From Octopus vulgaris (Eukaryota): 64,000 nucleotides of DNA. Shown in pieces: positions 28,445-41,564 of this stretch (positions are counted from its first letter, which is position 1; every line of letters starts with the position of its first letter). The notes below the pieces were generated by a model that was not told the DNA's origin, did no database searches, and worked only from the letters and a program-made list of their open reading frames with translations. The stretch lies in NCBI GenBank assembly GCA_951406725.2, contig OX597833.1, positions 35,588,001-35,652,000 of the forward strand, written 5' to 3'. A program made the position numbers and the translations under genes.

Positions 28445-28800
28445 GGCAAGCTGGCTGGATCATCAGCACGCCGAGCGAAATGCTTATCGACATTTCGTCC
28501 GTCTTTATGTTATGAGTTCAAATACCACCGAGGTCAACTTCAAATACCACCGAGTTGAGCACTGGGTTCGATGTCATCGACTTGACCCTTCCACTTAAAT
28601 TGCTGTCCTTGAGCCATTGTCCTTGCTCGCTATTATTTAGGGCTTTACATAAGGCGGCGAGCTGGCAGAACCGTTAGTACCTTGAGCAAAATGCTCAGAG
28701 ACATTTCGTCCGTCTTTACGTTCTGAGTTCAAATTCCGTTGGGTCAAGTTTGCTTTTTCATCCCTTTCGGGCTTGACAAATTGGGTACCAGGCGAGAAAT
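28445..28800 (+). mobile_element. Two tandem SINE family B copies
   Basis: Heads at ~28445 and ~28653, each with GAGTTCAAAT. Confidence 0.8.
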
Positions 28801-29192
28801 GGAGGCAATGCAATCAACAAGTCTCTTTCCATTTGTGCCTATAAGAGAAAAGGGTTATACATGCTTCAAACTTCAATTTTTAAAAACACACACATGTATA
28901 TATAGAGGGAATGAGAGAGAACTGCTACCTTTAAGAAAATTTATTTACTCCATGCAAACTTAAATTTTCGTAATTTCTATCCTTTATAGTCGAAGAGATG
29001 AGCAAGCACATGTCCGTATATAAAACAGATGATAAAACGTGCTCTTGGTCTTCTTTGTGTATAGTTCTCTAGTTATGTACACACACTATCACGCATATGC
29101 ACTCAACACATACACAAGAATATATATACATGTATCTTTCTCCGATTGTATTTATCTCTCACACATTAATGATTTTATTATACATTCGTATT

Positions 29193-29445
<253 letters not shown>

Positions 29446-29873
29446 ACCCCTACCTCTCTCAATCTATCTATCTATCTATCACCCCCATCTCTCTCCATCA
29501 ATCTATCGCCCTCTCTCTATAACTCCTCCTTTGCTCTATCTGCCTGCCTGTCTGTCTGCCAACTAATCAGCTAAACATACACAATTTCATGGGACAATAA
29601 TATTCGATTTTCGTAAAATGTAAAATTTAAGACTAGTTATTTTAATATTGTCACTGTTCAACCTCCCTCCCTTCCTTACTCTCACTGCAACAGTGTGAGT
29701 AAGGGAGGGTGGGAGGGAAGGAGGGAGAGTAGTAGAAGTAGTATTAGTAGTAGTAGTAGTAGTAGGAGGAGGAGGAGGAGGAGGAGGAAGAGGAGGAGGA
29801 GAGTATGTGTGTATGTGAGTGAGACAGACGAAATGACAGCATATTGTGTCATGAAGTTAAGATGTGGCTGGAA

Positions 29874-29949
29874 TTAGATAATAGATTCCACGTTTGCGTA
29901 TTCAGGTTTTGTACATGCCCGCTTCTGCAGCGTCGAGAAATTTCGATAG
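29874..29949 (-). CDS. Probable terminal coding exon (YRNFSTLQKRACTKPEYANVESII*)
   Basis: Acceptor ttttgttgcttcttcAG. Phase-2 entry joins the 30556-30615 exon in frame and ends at TAA. Confidence 0.6.
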
Positions 29950-30083
29950 CTGAAGAAGCAACAAAAATGAACACACACACACACACAGACACACACATAC
30001 ACAAACACACACACATTCACACATACACATACACACATATATGTGTGTGCGTGTGTGTGTATGTCTATAAATATATTAATATG

Positions 30084-30130
<47 letters not shown>

Positions 30131-30555
30131 ATAGAAAAATTTCGTTTCCCTCAATTCTGTGTGTGTATATTTACATGTGTGCATGTGTGCGTGTGTGTGT
30201 ACGTGTGTAAACAAGAGAGAAAGAGAGAGAGAGAGAGAGAAAGCGAGAGGGAGAGAGAGAAAGAGAGTGAGAAAGAGGGAGAATGAACGAATGAGTGAAT
30301 TATGATTCTACAAGCGTACGTTCGTATGAAAAAGAATAATTGTTAGAAACATGTTGAAATGTAGAAATAGCGAAATAAAGAATGAAGAAAGAAACGTTTG
30401 GTGATATATAATGGAACGAAATGGTAAAAATGAATGGACAGAATATGTGAAGAAATACACCAGCATATCCCATACTGCGTCACTTCTACCCAGGTTAGCA
30501 GCACCCGACGGTAAAAGATCGATAGTGGTTGCTGTTTAAAAGTCTCGTTTCTCAC

Positions 30556-30615
30556 CTTGCAGTTGTTTCGGCCATTTCAAGATAGTCTGTGCAAACGCTA
30601 TCCTTCACGGCTTCG
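30556..30615 (-). CDS. Probable internal coding exon (EAVKDSVCTDYLEMAETTA), phase 2-2
   Basis: Acceptor tttctattttAG, donor AAG|GTGAGA, 60 nt, one open frame. Phase matches the next exon. Confidence 0.6.
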
Positions 30616-30825
30616 CTAAAATAGAAATTTCTCATTGGAAACACCCACACCTATTAGCACAATGTTAAAGTCAAATCCATTACTACAAATACACATTCTT
30701 CACACATTTACAAGATTTTTTCAGAAATATTTTTGAATTCTACTATTGTAATCTTTTCCTTGTCATCTCTTTATATCCGAATAACTTATAACCGAATAAT
30801 TTATGAACAAAATCTTCAATTTTGC

Positions 30826-30858
<33 letters not shown>

Positions 30859-31071
30859 CAAGCACACACACACATACAGAGAGAGAGGGGGGAGAGAGAG
30901 TGGGAGAGAGAGGAAAAGAGAGAGAAAACTACGTTTGTAAACCACAAAATCGATGGAAATAGCGGACTAAAAGTATGTGTGTGCATATCCAGATTTAATT
31001 TAATATATTGGTACTCCAGCATGACCGGTACCGCATGGCTGAAACGAGTAAAAGTGTAAAACAATAAAAGA

Positions 31072-31104
<33 letters not shown>

Positions 31105-31159
31105 AATGTATATATGTGTATACATGCAGATATATATATACATATATATTTATATATAA

Positions 31160-31395
31160 GGGCGGCGAGCTGGCAGAACAGAATCGTTAGCACGCCAGGT
31201 AAAATACTTAGCGGTATTTTGTCTGCCGCTACGTTCTGAGTTCAAATTCCGCCGAGGTCGGATTTGCCTTTCGTCATTTCGGGGTTAATTAAATAAGTAC
31301 TAATTACGCACTGGGTTGATGTAAGCGACTTAATCCCTTTCTCTGTCCTTGTTTGTCCCCTCTCTATGTTTAGCACCCTGTGGGCAATAAATAAA
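31160..31395 (+). mobile_element. SINE family B
   Basis: Same head, B box and core. Tail ends GTGGGCAATAAA. Confidence 0.9.
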
Positions 31396-31524
31396 TGAAT
31401 ATGTATATAAAGAGAGAGAAGGAGATGGAAATTTATGAGGAAATTAGAGGGAGAAAGTGAGAGCAAAAATACGAGGACAATAGTGCGCGCGTGTGCGTGT
31501 ATGTGTTTGTGTGTGTGTGCGGAT

Positions 31525-31561
<37 letters not shown>

Positions 31562-31676
31562 TTTCTTTGTAAATTTCAAAATCAATGCTTCCCATGAATA
31601 TTCCCTCATACTTTGTAGAGTTTACTAGCTAGCCTTGCTTTGTTGCTGCCAAAAATCGCCACCACCACAACCACCG

Positions 31677-31727
<51 letters not shown>

Positions 31728-32222
31728 TTGAAACTACCGTTCATCTTATTCCGTATTCAACATCATTATCGTCATAGTTACCGCTCCACAGCGAGTATAT
31801 TTACGACATAATCGGATTCCCTCAACAACACATGTAAACAAAGCTAACGGTTAGAAAATGAATAACCAGTGAAACTGATATGATTATAGCATTCACACTA
31901 TACTGTTGACATTGGAAAGGATAATGAAATACTGTTGAACAATTCATGCACTTTTATTGTTGTTGCTGCTGCTGCTGCTGCTTTTGATGCCGTTATTCTT
32001 ATTTGGTTGGATTTATGTGGATAGCGGGTTACTACCTGTAACCTTAAGTATCCACAAGTCTTCGGTAGTCTATCATTTCGGGGTCGATTAAATAAGTACC
32101 AGTTACGCACTGGGGTCGATGTAATCGACTTAATCACTTTGTCTGTCCTTGTTTGTTTCCCTCTATGTTTAGCCCCTTGTGGGCAATAAAAATATATATA
32201 AAAAATTATGATTATTATTATT

Positions 32223-32339
32223 GAGTGAGCGAGTAGTGCATGCCATTAAAATGACACTGGGGTAAAATATAAGAAGCCCAGTATACCCATCATGACTACC
32301 CCTCTGATAAGGGTACACTAGGCACATGCATCACAGCCT
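32223..32339 (-). mobile_element. Family D terminal fragment
   Basis: Same terminus, inside (ATT)n. Confidence 0.8.
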
Positions 32340-32363
32340 ATTATTATTATTATTATTATTATT

Positions 32364-32405
<42 letters not shown>

Positions 32406-32406
32406 A

Positions 32407-32464
<58 letters not shown>

Positions 32465-32511
32465 TATCATCATCATCATCATCATCATCATTATTATTAC
32501 TATTATTATTA

Positions 32512-32700
32512 AGCGGCGCGCCGGACGAAATGGCTAGTGGTATTTAGCCCGTTGTTATGTTCTGAGTTCAATTTCCACAGAGGTCGACGTTACCTTTCAT
32601 CCTTTCTGGGACTATAAAATAAGTGCCAGTTGAACACTAGACTCCATGTAATCGACTCATCCCCACCTCCCCCAAGCTGACCTTGTGGCAAAAGTTTGAA
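32512..32700 (+). mobile_element. SINE family B
   Basis: B box, core and CCTTGTGGCAAAAGTTTGAA tail. Confidence 0.8.
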
Positions 32701-32704
32701 TAAT

Positions 32705-32737
<33 letters not shown>

Positions 32738-32789
32738 AATAATTATTATTATCATCATCATCATTATTATTATTATTATTATTATTATT

Positions 32790-33304
32790 GAGTGAGAGAG
32801 CAGTGCATGCCATCAAAGTGAGACTGGGGTAAAATATACGAAGCCCAGTATATCCATCATGACACATGCATCACAACCATATGTGCGCAACATGGTGATT
32901 TCCTATCAAGATAATCAGCGCATGACTTTGCAGGTGGGGCCCAGTTAGAATTTTCTTCGTGTCGAGTAGTCCAGCCGTTCAAAAGGGCTGTTTAAGGATG
33001 TAGAAAAAAATACTCATGTTTCCAAAGGTGAATTATCCAAACCCAAAATAATTCCTCTCAACACATAGTTATGATGCTATCCCACTACTTCTACACGTGA
33101 TCAGAGATGCACATATCATCAGCCACTAAGAGACATGCTCAACAGGTAAAGGTCAAGCAGCTGACTACCAAATCTGTGGTATTGAGCAGAATATTTGCTG
33201 CAGCCCATCTTTTATACCAAGACAAAACAATGTGTATGATAACACTTCCAACCATTTAAGATCAAAAGCCATGAGTGGCAGTGTCTGGTACTGCATCAGG
33301 GCGT
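32790..33304 (-). mobile_element. Unclassified ~510-bp non-coding element (family D), full length
   Basis: Collinear with 33642-34148. Flanked by ATT/ACT arrays. Strand is inferred from the truncation pattern. Confidence 0.8.
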
Positions 33305-33308
33305 TTAT

Positions 33309-33391
<83 letters not shown>

Positions 33392-33430
33392 TTATTATTA
33401 TTATTATTGTTATTGTTATTGTTATTGTTA

Positions 33431-33625
33431 AGGCCGAATCATTAGTTAGCACGCCAGGCAAAATGCTTAGAGGCATTTCATCCGTTTTCACGTTCTGAGT
33501 TCAAATTCCAATAAGGTGGTTAAATTTACCTTTCATCTTTACGGAGCTGATGAAATAAGTGTCAGTCAAATTCTGGGTATGATGAAATCGACTTACTCTT
33601 CTCCCCAAAATTTCAAGCCCAGTGT
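33431..33625 (+). mobile_element. SINE family B
   Basis: GTTAGCACGCCAGGCAAAATGCTTAG...GAGTTCAAATTCC. Confidence 0.8.
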
Positions 33626-33641
33626 CTATATATTTATTATT

Positions 33642-34148
33642 GAGTGAGAAAGACTGGGGTAAAATATATGAAGCCTAGTATACCCATCATGACTACTCGT
33701 CTGATCAGGGTGCACCAGACACATTCATCACAACCAGATGTGCGCGACCGGGTGATCTCATATCAAGATAAACAACGCATGATCTTGTATGTTAGAATTT
33801 TCTTCAGGTCGAGTAGCCCATTCCGCTCAAAAGGTTCCTGAATAAGGGTTGTTTAAGGATGTTGAACAAAACACACGTGTTTCCAGAGGTGAATAATTCA
33901 AACCCCAAAGAATTTCTCTCAACACTTGGCTATGATGCTCTCCACTACTTCTGTTCGTGATCAGAGAGGCACATATGGATATACTCAACTGGTTAAGGTC
34001 AAACAACTGACAAGGAAATCTGTGGTATTGAGCAGAATATTTGCCGTAGCCCATCTTTTATACTAAGACAAAACATGTACATGATAACACTACTAATCAG
34101 TTAAGATCAGAAGCCATGAGAGGCAGTGTCTGGTACTGCATCAATGCA
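33642..34148 (-). mobile_element. Family D, full length
   Basis: Same ends: GAGTGAGA... and ...CTGGTACTGCATCA. Confidence 0.8.
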
Positions 34149-34170
34149 TTTAATATCATTATTATCATCA

Positions 34171-34309
<139 letters not shown>

Positions 34310-35059
34310 GTTGCAGTATTTTCCTTCGTCGGATTATGAGTACTATGACTGCTGCTACTCACAATGCTTAAAACTTTACGAATGTATTTTAGCCTCAAGT
34401 CACCCCTCATCAACCACCACTCATCTGCAGCTTAACCGGAGCTAACTTGTAAGCCATGAGAAAATGAAGATACGAAGCAATTGGAGAAAAAGTATATGAA
34501 ACTGACTGTTATTCATTCATTTATTTATTCGTTTTTGCCTCAATCGCAACAAGTGTAGAGAAGCTGTGCAGTCGTGGATTATATATTTGTAAATTGGTCA
34601 CGTGCAAAAGTGTGCCTTTTCACTGGTCCCTGCCTCACTCTAGTTACATGTACACTCTGCAATGTAGCTGGCTGAGACAAGAGACCAGGCGTGGCCCTAA
34701 TCACACTCTTTGTTCGATGCTAAAAGGTAAAAATTCAGAAATATATGGTGCGCGGTGAAGAAGTTCCAGGTAATAGCTGCAATAAGTTGCCTCCTCAACC
34801 TTTACTCCCATTAACGTTTTTTTTTTTCAATATTTAAGGACGATTTATTTACAATATTAAGTCTGTGTTTATACTTCTATGTGTACGAATTTCAAAAATT
34901 TTCAGATGTTTGTAATGCAATTATGAAAGGAATGAAGATTTCTAGTCATTAAAAATATAAAAGAGAGCCTGGATGTGTAATGTATTTCACCAGTAACAAC
35001 AACGAACGTTTTAAACGAAATATAAAAGCTTTATATCCATGTCTTGACTATAGACAATA

Positions 35060-35610
35060 CAATGTTTTACCTAATTCAATCATTTCATTATTCTTGGGGG
35101 TCTCCGTCAGAGGTAAAATGAAACGCTACACCATCACTAATAGTTTTGAGATGGAACCGAAACTAGTAACCTTAAGCAACTGGAATTGACTTCTTTTGAA
35201 TTACATGTTGTGTGTCTCTGTTGGTAGAAATAAATATATCCTGTGATCTTCATCCTCTCTGCACATGCTCTGAAGAAGACGAGCGAAATTTGTGGAGCAA
35301 CTCCCCGATGGGTTTCTGTTCTTAGAAACTCCTTATACTTGACGGGTTTTTGTTCCTGATGGTGAGGACTTTTGACAATTGGTGCTATAATAGTGCATCA
35401 AAATATGTAGCACGGCCCTTTTATTAAGGAGCATAGAATTTGAGTATTTTTTAGACGAAATGTGACAGTGCAATGCCTCTGTAGTTTTGAGACAGATGAT
35501 CATCGTCTTTTGGAAGTGGAAGAAAACTGAAAACGAAAGCTAGCAAAACTAACGGAGAGAATATTCCTGGTTTTGTGTTGTGAACGCATCTCGGATTCGG
35601 CCGCTTGAAG
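35060..35610 (-). mobile_element. Degraded RTE-like LINE RT fragment
   Basis: LPLPKDDDHLSQNYRGIAL...MLLN. Confidence 0.6.
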
Positions 35611-37704
35611 AAGAATAATTTTTCATTAGTTTTAACATTTTCAAGATTTTATCAGCTACCAGTCTTTAATAATGGCAATAAAGAAACTATTCATTTCTGC
35701 TAAAGACACTCTGAAGGTAGATATCTCTGCATGAAAGCTTTCCCTCTAATTTCTAGAAGCTGTATTAAAAATGGCGAAATTGTTATAAAATAACAATTGA
35801 ACAGACATCATTGAAAACACATGGAATATATTTTTCATCTTCGGTATTATAAACGGTTCGCTATTTTAAATGCATTATAACTTGAAATAATAAAGGAAAT
35901 AATTACCTCAGATTTCTAATTATAATTTGTAAAATAAATGTTGCATATATATTTGAATAAAATATTTAAAAAAGACGATCGATGTGTTTAAGATTCTATT
36001 TTCTTTCGAGTTTTTTGCATATATAAATGATTCTTTCAGAAATGCCAGCAACAAAATAAATAAATAAATAAATAAACAAACAAACAATTATACGGTTATT
36101 ATATCTATCTTTTGAAGGCTTTTGATATTCATTTTTTTAAACATGTTAATGTTTATTGATTAGGATATCAATTATCGAATGATTCGGAAGCAGTATATTA
36201 CTGATATTCATCTAACGACTTTGGACATTTAATTTTGTCCTGTGAAATTTCAACAAACATCGTATCAGATTATATATTATATTATAGCGAGGTAATAAAT
36301 ATAAATTATCTCATGGTAGGTACTTCAATCCGATGTCATCAGATCGTTAATTAGTTAACTTTGTTGCAGTATAAAAAATTATTTTTGTCTTAGAAATAAA
36401 GCAGGTGAGTAGACTGACAGAATAGAATGTTACAGTGGAAGGCTGAAGGGAGCTCAAGGCAGTTGCTTAATCTGCGATGCTGAGTAAAAAAAAAAAAGTC
36501 AAATTTCCTTCAAAATTCATGTTGCCCTCTTCAAAAAGGATAGATTACGTAATGAAATCCAGGGAAGCTACTGTTGAATAAAACACGAGAGAGTCTTTTT
36601 TTCCAGTCTGATTAATTCTCAAATTCCATTGAAGTCGACTTTACCTTTATCTGTTTATAGTCAATAAACCAAATTACGCGGCCTGATCGATTGATCAAAT
36701 TTCTTTCCATAAAAACTAAACACTTGGCTTGTGCAAAGGTTCATGTATCATGACAATAATAGAGGTAATATTTATCTCCACGTCAACGTTCTGTTTAAAC
36801 AAACGATAGTGTTATAGTTACCAGGAGAAAAAAAACTATCATATTGGTTTTGGCGCAAAATGCATACTTGGTTATATAGTTAACGGGGAAATAAATCCCC
36901 GCTACCTCCATCTTCATTTGTCTTGTCAATGATGGACGCTCGGCCGTTTGAGATAGAGAGAAGAGTACACGAGCCGTCAACAATGACGATGGTTTTTTTT
37001 ATTATTAAAATTTGTGATAATTGCGAAATTATACTCCAATTCGATGCATTGTTGAAAACTATGTATGATGAAAGTTGTTAACGAGACTATGAGGATGTAA
37101 ATAAAAGAGCAAAATTAATTGGAAAATAAGAACAAAAATATTTATCACTTCTCAAATATCATACAGGTTTGATTACAATTAACATGTACAATATCTTGAA
37201 ATCAATGATTCATTCGTTATTCTACATTATTTTATTTTCTACAATAAATGCATCTAGTTTCAAAAATGTTGTACATGTGTATGCTTTAAAAACTTCCAAT
37301 ATATATATGTATATTTGCAAATGTGCACAAAATCGTAGAAAGAGGTTGCATACATTTTGAAAAGTTTTCAAGGGACAGCAAGTTTAGTTCATGCAAAAAC
37401 TGCGCATTTACATAGATTTGAATCATTCAGTGTAAAAAGCTACAGATGTACATAATAAGAACAGTCATGGCAAAAGTTCTTATAGAACAACACTTGTTGT
37501 ATAGATATGAGCGAGGTACCAACAAGCCTTGGCATTCTGAATTCTCCATTTCTTGCTTTAAGCAGAAAACGCCCGAGAAAACAAAAACAAAAAGAGCAGA
37601 AATGATTTAATATCAGATTTAAACAGCTACTTCAGTCGACGGCGCCCGAGCACAATAGAAGTCCAGTGAGTGAAATCAATAGATGAATAAAGAACTAAAA
37701 GAAT

Positions 37705-39460
37705 ATCCCGCTTGAACAACCAGATTGCAACGTTGGTAGACTCAACAGGCGTATCGATTGAGGACCCTTATCAACAGAGTCAATTATTTGCCGAGGCTTT
37801 TTCAACTATTTTCAAACAAGATGATGGTCGTGAACCCCCTCCATTTGATAGATCGGTACCTCCAATGCTTCGATTGGTCATCACGCGGGACGAAGTCAAA
37901 CGTGTTATTCAAGGCCTCGATGTCAACAAGGGTCACGGCCCTGACGGCATACACCCACGGGTTATCAAAGCGTTGGCTCCGGTCATCTGCGAGCCCTTAA
38001 CACGACTATTCAATATGTCATTGGCGACGGGTGTTATACCTGCAGACTGGAGAACAGCAATAATCTGCCCAATTTTCAAGAAAGGGAGCCGCGAAGACCC
38101 GCTTAACTACCGACCGGTTTCCCTTACATCAATAATCAGCAAGATGTTCGAAACCATCCTTAAGAAAAGTATGATGCTCCACCTCCTAAACACAGCCTCT
38201 ATCTCTGATTCTCAACACGGCTTCGTGCCGAAGAGATCATGCTTGACCAACTTACTAGTAATGGAAGAATTGGTGACGCGCATCCTCGATGATAGTGATG
38301 CTGTTGACGTCGTTTTATTGGACTTTGCCAAAGCTTTTGACTCGGTAAACCACCGCCTATTACTTGTCAAGCTTCAAGCATATAGTTTCCATCCGGATAT
38401 TATACGATGGGTTTGTGCCTTCCTCTCAGATCGCTCCTTCCAAGTCCAAGTTAATGGTTCGCGTTCCGACGTCTCCAGTGCGAGCAGTGGCGTGCCTCAA
38501 GGTTCAGTGCTTGGGCCCTTGTTGTTCTTAGTCTTCATAAATGACTTGCCCGACGACCTCACGCAACACACCCTTCTATTTGCCGACGATATCAAACTGG
38601 TCGCTCCTCGCGGTAATATAAAGGATCTTCGTCGATGCCTCCACCAAATTTGGAAGTGGTCTAACGATTGGGACCTGTGTCTGAACGTGTCAAAGTGCTG
38701 TTATCTGCCTGTCGGCTCTACTCCTGCAACTCAACTTGATTTCGAGCCGGGTCGTCTGCTGCTGGAGAGGACCGATCAGGTAAAGGACCTGGGTATCTTG
38801 GTGGATTCCTCCTTTTGGCCTTCGGCCCAGTGCGTCCATGCTGCCAACAAAGCACGCGGAATTCTGTTCTTGATTCGACGGTCATTCGGAATGCTCACAG
38901 CAGCCATATTCCTACCACTCTATGTCACGCTGGTGAGACCCATATTGGAGTATGGGATTCAAGCCTCTTCTCCTTATCTCCTCAAAGACATACATCATCT
39001 CGAAAGAGTCCAGAAGCTGGCTACCCGCATGGTTCATGGTCTCAAAAATTTGTCCTACGAAGAAAGGCTGAGGACGCTCGACCTTTATTCTCTTGAAAAA
39101 CGCCGCCGCCGTGGTGATCTCATTCTCGCCCACAACATCATAAGCGGAAAGTGTAACCTCTCGAAAGAGCTGTTCTTCACTCCTGCTCCAGAGCGTCGGC
39201 TGCGGGGTCATTCCGAAAAGCTCTACCTGCGACGATTTCATCTCAATCGAAGGAGAGGAGCTTTCTCCGTCCGGGTTGCGGATCCGTGGAACAAGCTGCC
39301 AGACGAGATGGTGAAGATTCCGACGACCGCTTTGTTCAAAGCCTCCCTGGACCTCAAGTGGCCTGAACTCTTTACATGAACACCACCCTGTACTTAACTC
39401 CATGTCCCCCTACATGGCCTTGCTATTTGCTTTTGAGCCAAATTAACTAACTAACTAACT

Positions 39461-39463
<3 letters not shown>
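37705..39463 (+). mobile_element. CR1-like LINE copy with short 3' UTR and (TAAC)n tail
   Basis: RT ORF, ~65-bp 3' UTR, then the TAACTAACTAACTAACTAAC tail (39444-39463). Visibly more GC-rich than the flanks. No clear TSD. Confidence 0.9.
37712..39379 (+). CDS. 5'-truncated ORF2 (reverse transcriptase plus C-terminal domain) of a CR1-type non-LTR retrotransposon
   Basis: Stop-free 555-aa frame with GPDGI, NYRPVSLTS, QHGF, DFAKAFDSV, SGVPQGSVLGPLLF, FADD, LERVQ and RRRRGDLI motifs. No AP endonuclease domain. The ORF start is TTG at the truncation point. Confidence 0.95.
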   Translation: MNNQIATLVDSTGVSIEDPYQQSQLFAEAFSTIFKQDDGREPPPFDRSVPPMLRLVITRDEVKRVIQGLDVNKGHGPDGIHPRVIKALAPVICEPLTRLFNMSLATGVIPADWRTAIICPIFKKGSREDPLNYRPVSLTSIISKMFETILKKSMMLHLLNTASISDSQHGFVPKRSCLTNLLVMEELVTRILDDSDAVDVVLLDFAKAFDSVNHRLLLVKLQAYSFHPDIIRWVCAFLSDRSFQVQVNGSRSDVSSASSGVPQGSVLGPLLFLVFINDLPDDLTQHTLLFADDIKLVAPRGNIKDLRRCLHQIWKWSNDWDLCLNVSKCCYLPVGSTPATQLDFEPGRLLLERTDQVKDLGILVDSSFWPSAQCVHAANKARGILFLIRRSFGMLTAAIFLPLYVTLVRPILEYGIQASSPYLLKDIHHLERVQKLATRMVHGLKNLSYEERLRTLDLYSLEKRRRRGDLILAHNIISGKCNLSKELFFTPAPERRLRGHSEKLYLRRFHLNRRRGAFSVRVADPWNKLPDEMVKIPTTALFKASLDLKWPELFT

Positions 39464-39495
<32 letters not shown>

Positions 39496-39497
<2 letters not shown>

Positions 39498-39548
39498 TGC
39501 TCCAGCATGGCCATAGTCAAATGACTGAAACAAGTAAAAGAATAAAAG
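39496..39548 (+). mobile_element. SINE family A tail only, inside (TA)n
   Basis: GGTGCTCCAGCATGGCCATAGTCAAATGACTGAAACAAGTAAAAG. Confidence 0.75.
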
Positions 39549-39592
39549 TATATATGGATATATACATATACACACACACATATATACATATT

Positions 39593-39664
<72 letters not shown>

Positions 39665-40433
39665 AATAATGAGGGAGATAAATTAATATTAATTTAAATA
39701 TCAATTTAAAATCAGTAGTCTAGCATACAAAAAATCTGAGAAATCAGAGAAAATTCTAATATATGTGTATATTGGCAGGGCAAGACTGCTAGGTAGTCGG
39801 CCGTATGCTAGAAATAGATCATCAACGATCAAACTACAAGGAAAGTTCTCCAGAGGAAAAATTCAGCGAACACCAGAACCAAATTTGGCGGATATATATA
39901 CGTATATATATATATATATATATACATATATATATAGAGAGAGAGAGGGAGGGGGAGGAGGGAGAGAGAAGGGAAGAGAGAGGAGAGAGGGAGAGAGAAA
40001 GAAAGCATAATAACATCTAGAAAAACAAAGCAATTGTTGATAGCAATTAAATGTTATATAGAATTCCCATAAAAAAGTTACGTATGAACTACGAACCAAA
40101 ACGCACACACGCATGTACTTATATAGATTACACACACACACACACACGTATATATATCTATATATATATATATATACATATACTTATACACACACATCTG
40201 TGTAATGAAGTAAGATCAGTCATTGCTTACTGAAAACTGGAGTTAATGCTAAAGATCAGCAACTCCGTAAGTGGTGATTTCTCCAGTGAAATCCCGACCG
40301 TTACAGCTTTCCACAAAAATCCAACAATAAAAGATGTTAATCACCACCTTAGTCAGAAAGTCATGGAGGTTTATAAACGACATTAAAAAACAAAAGAAAA
40401 TAAAGTTACCTTCTCAAGTTATACTCACCCCTA

Positions 40434-40631
40434 AGGGCCGGTTTCCCGGTTAAAATAGCGTATAAAATCCCCACCTGGACTCCGGTCCGTGGTAGGATCA
40501 CACATTTTTGCCACACGAATGAAATGAAGTGTTTTGCTGAAGGACACAACACGTCACCGAATTCAGGAATCGAAACCACAATCTTACGATCTTGAGTACA
40601 AAACCCTAACCACTAAGCCACACGCCTCCAC
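40434..40631 (-). mobile_element. SINE family C variant
   Basis: Reverse-complement match to 28090-28336. Confidence 0.8.
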
Positions 40632-40924
40632 TATAGACATAATGAATCATTCTTTCACACTAACATACAGGAAATACAGAAAATCATCAATAAAACACAG
40701 TCGTAGTCACACACGCACACACACATACAAGTAATAATTTAAAATATGGATAAACGGTGATTTATAAAACGAGCAATCTTTTGACAATTCATCTGATGAG
40801 ATACATATGCAACAATGATGCACCACAACTGTTTGTACAGCTCCTCACCCGCATGATGCACAATGAGCCGAAACGATCGTAGTGTTTTATAAAAAATTCG
40901 TGAATTCCATTTTCTTTCTCTTCT

Positions 40925-41009
<85 letters not shown>

Positions 41010-41049
41010 CATGTATGTATGTATATGTATGTATATATGTGTATATATA

Positions 41050-41564
<515 letters not shown>

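Noticed and set aside
39444-39463. (CTAA)n as a telomeric repeat
   Set aside because: It is short and directly terminates the LINE, so it is a CR1-type tail.
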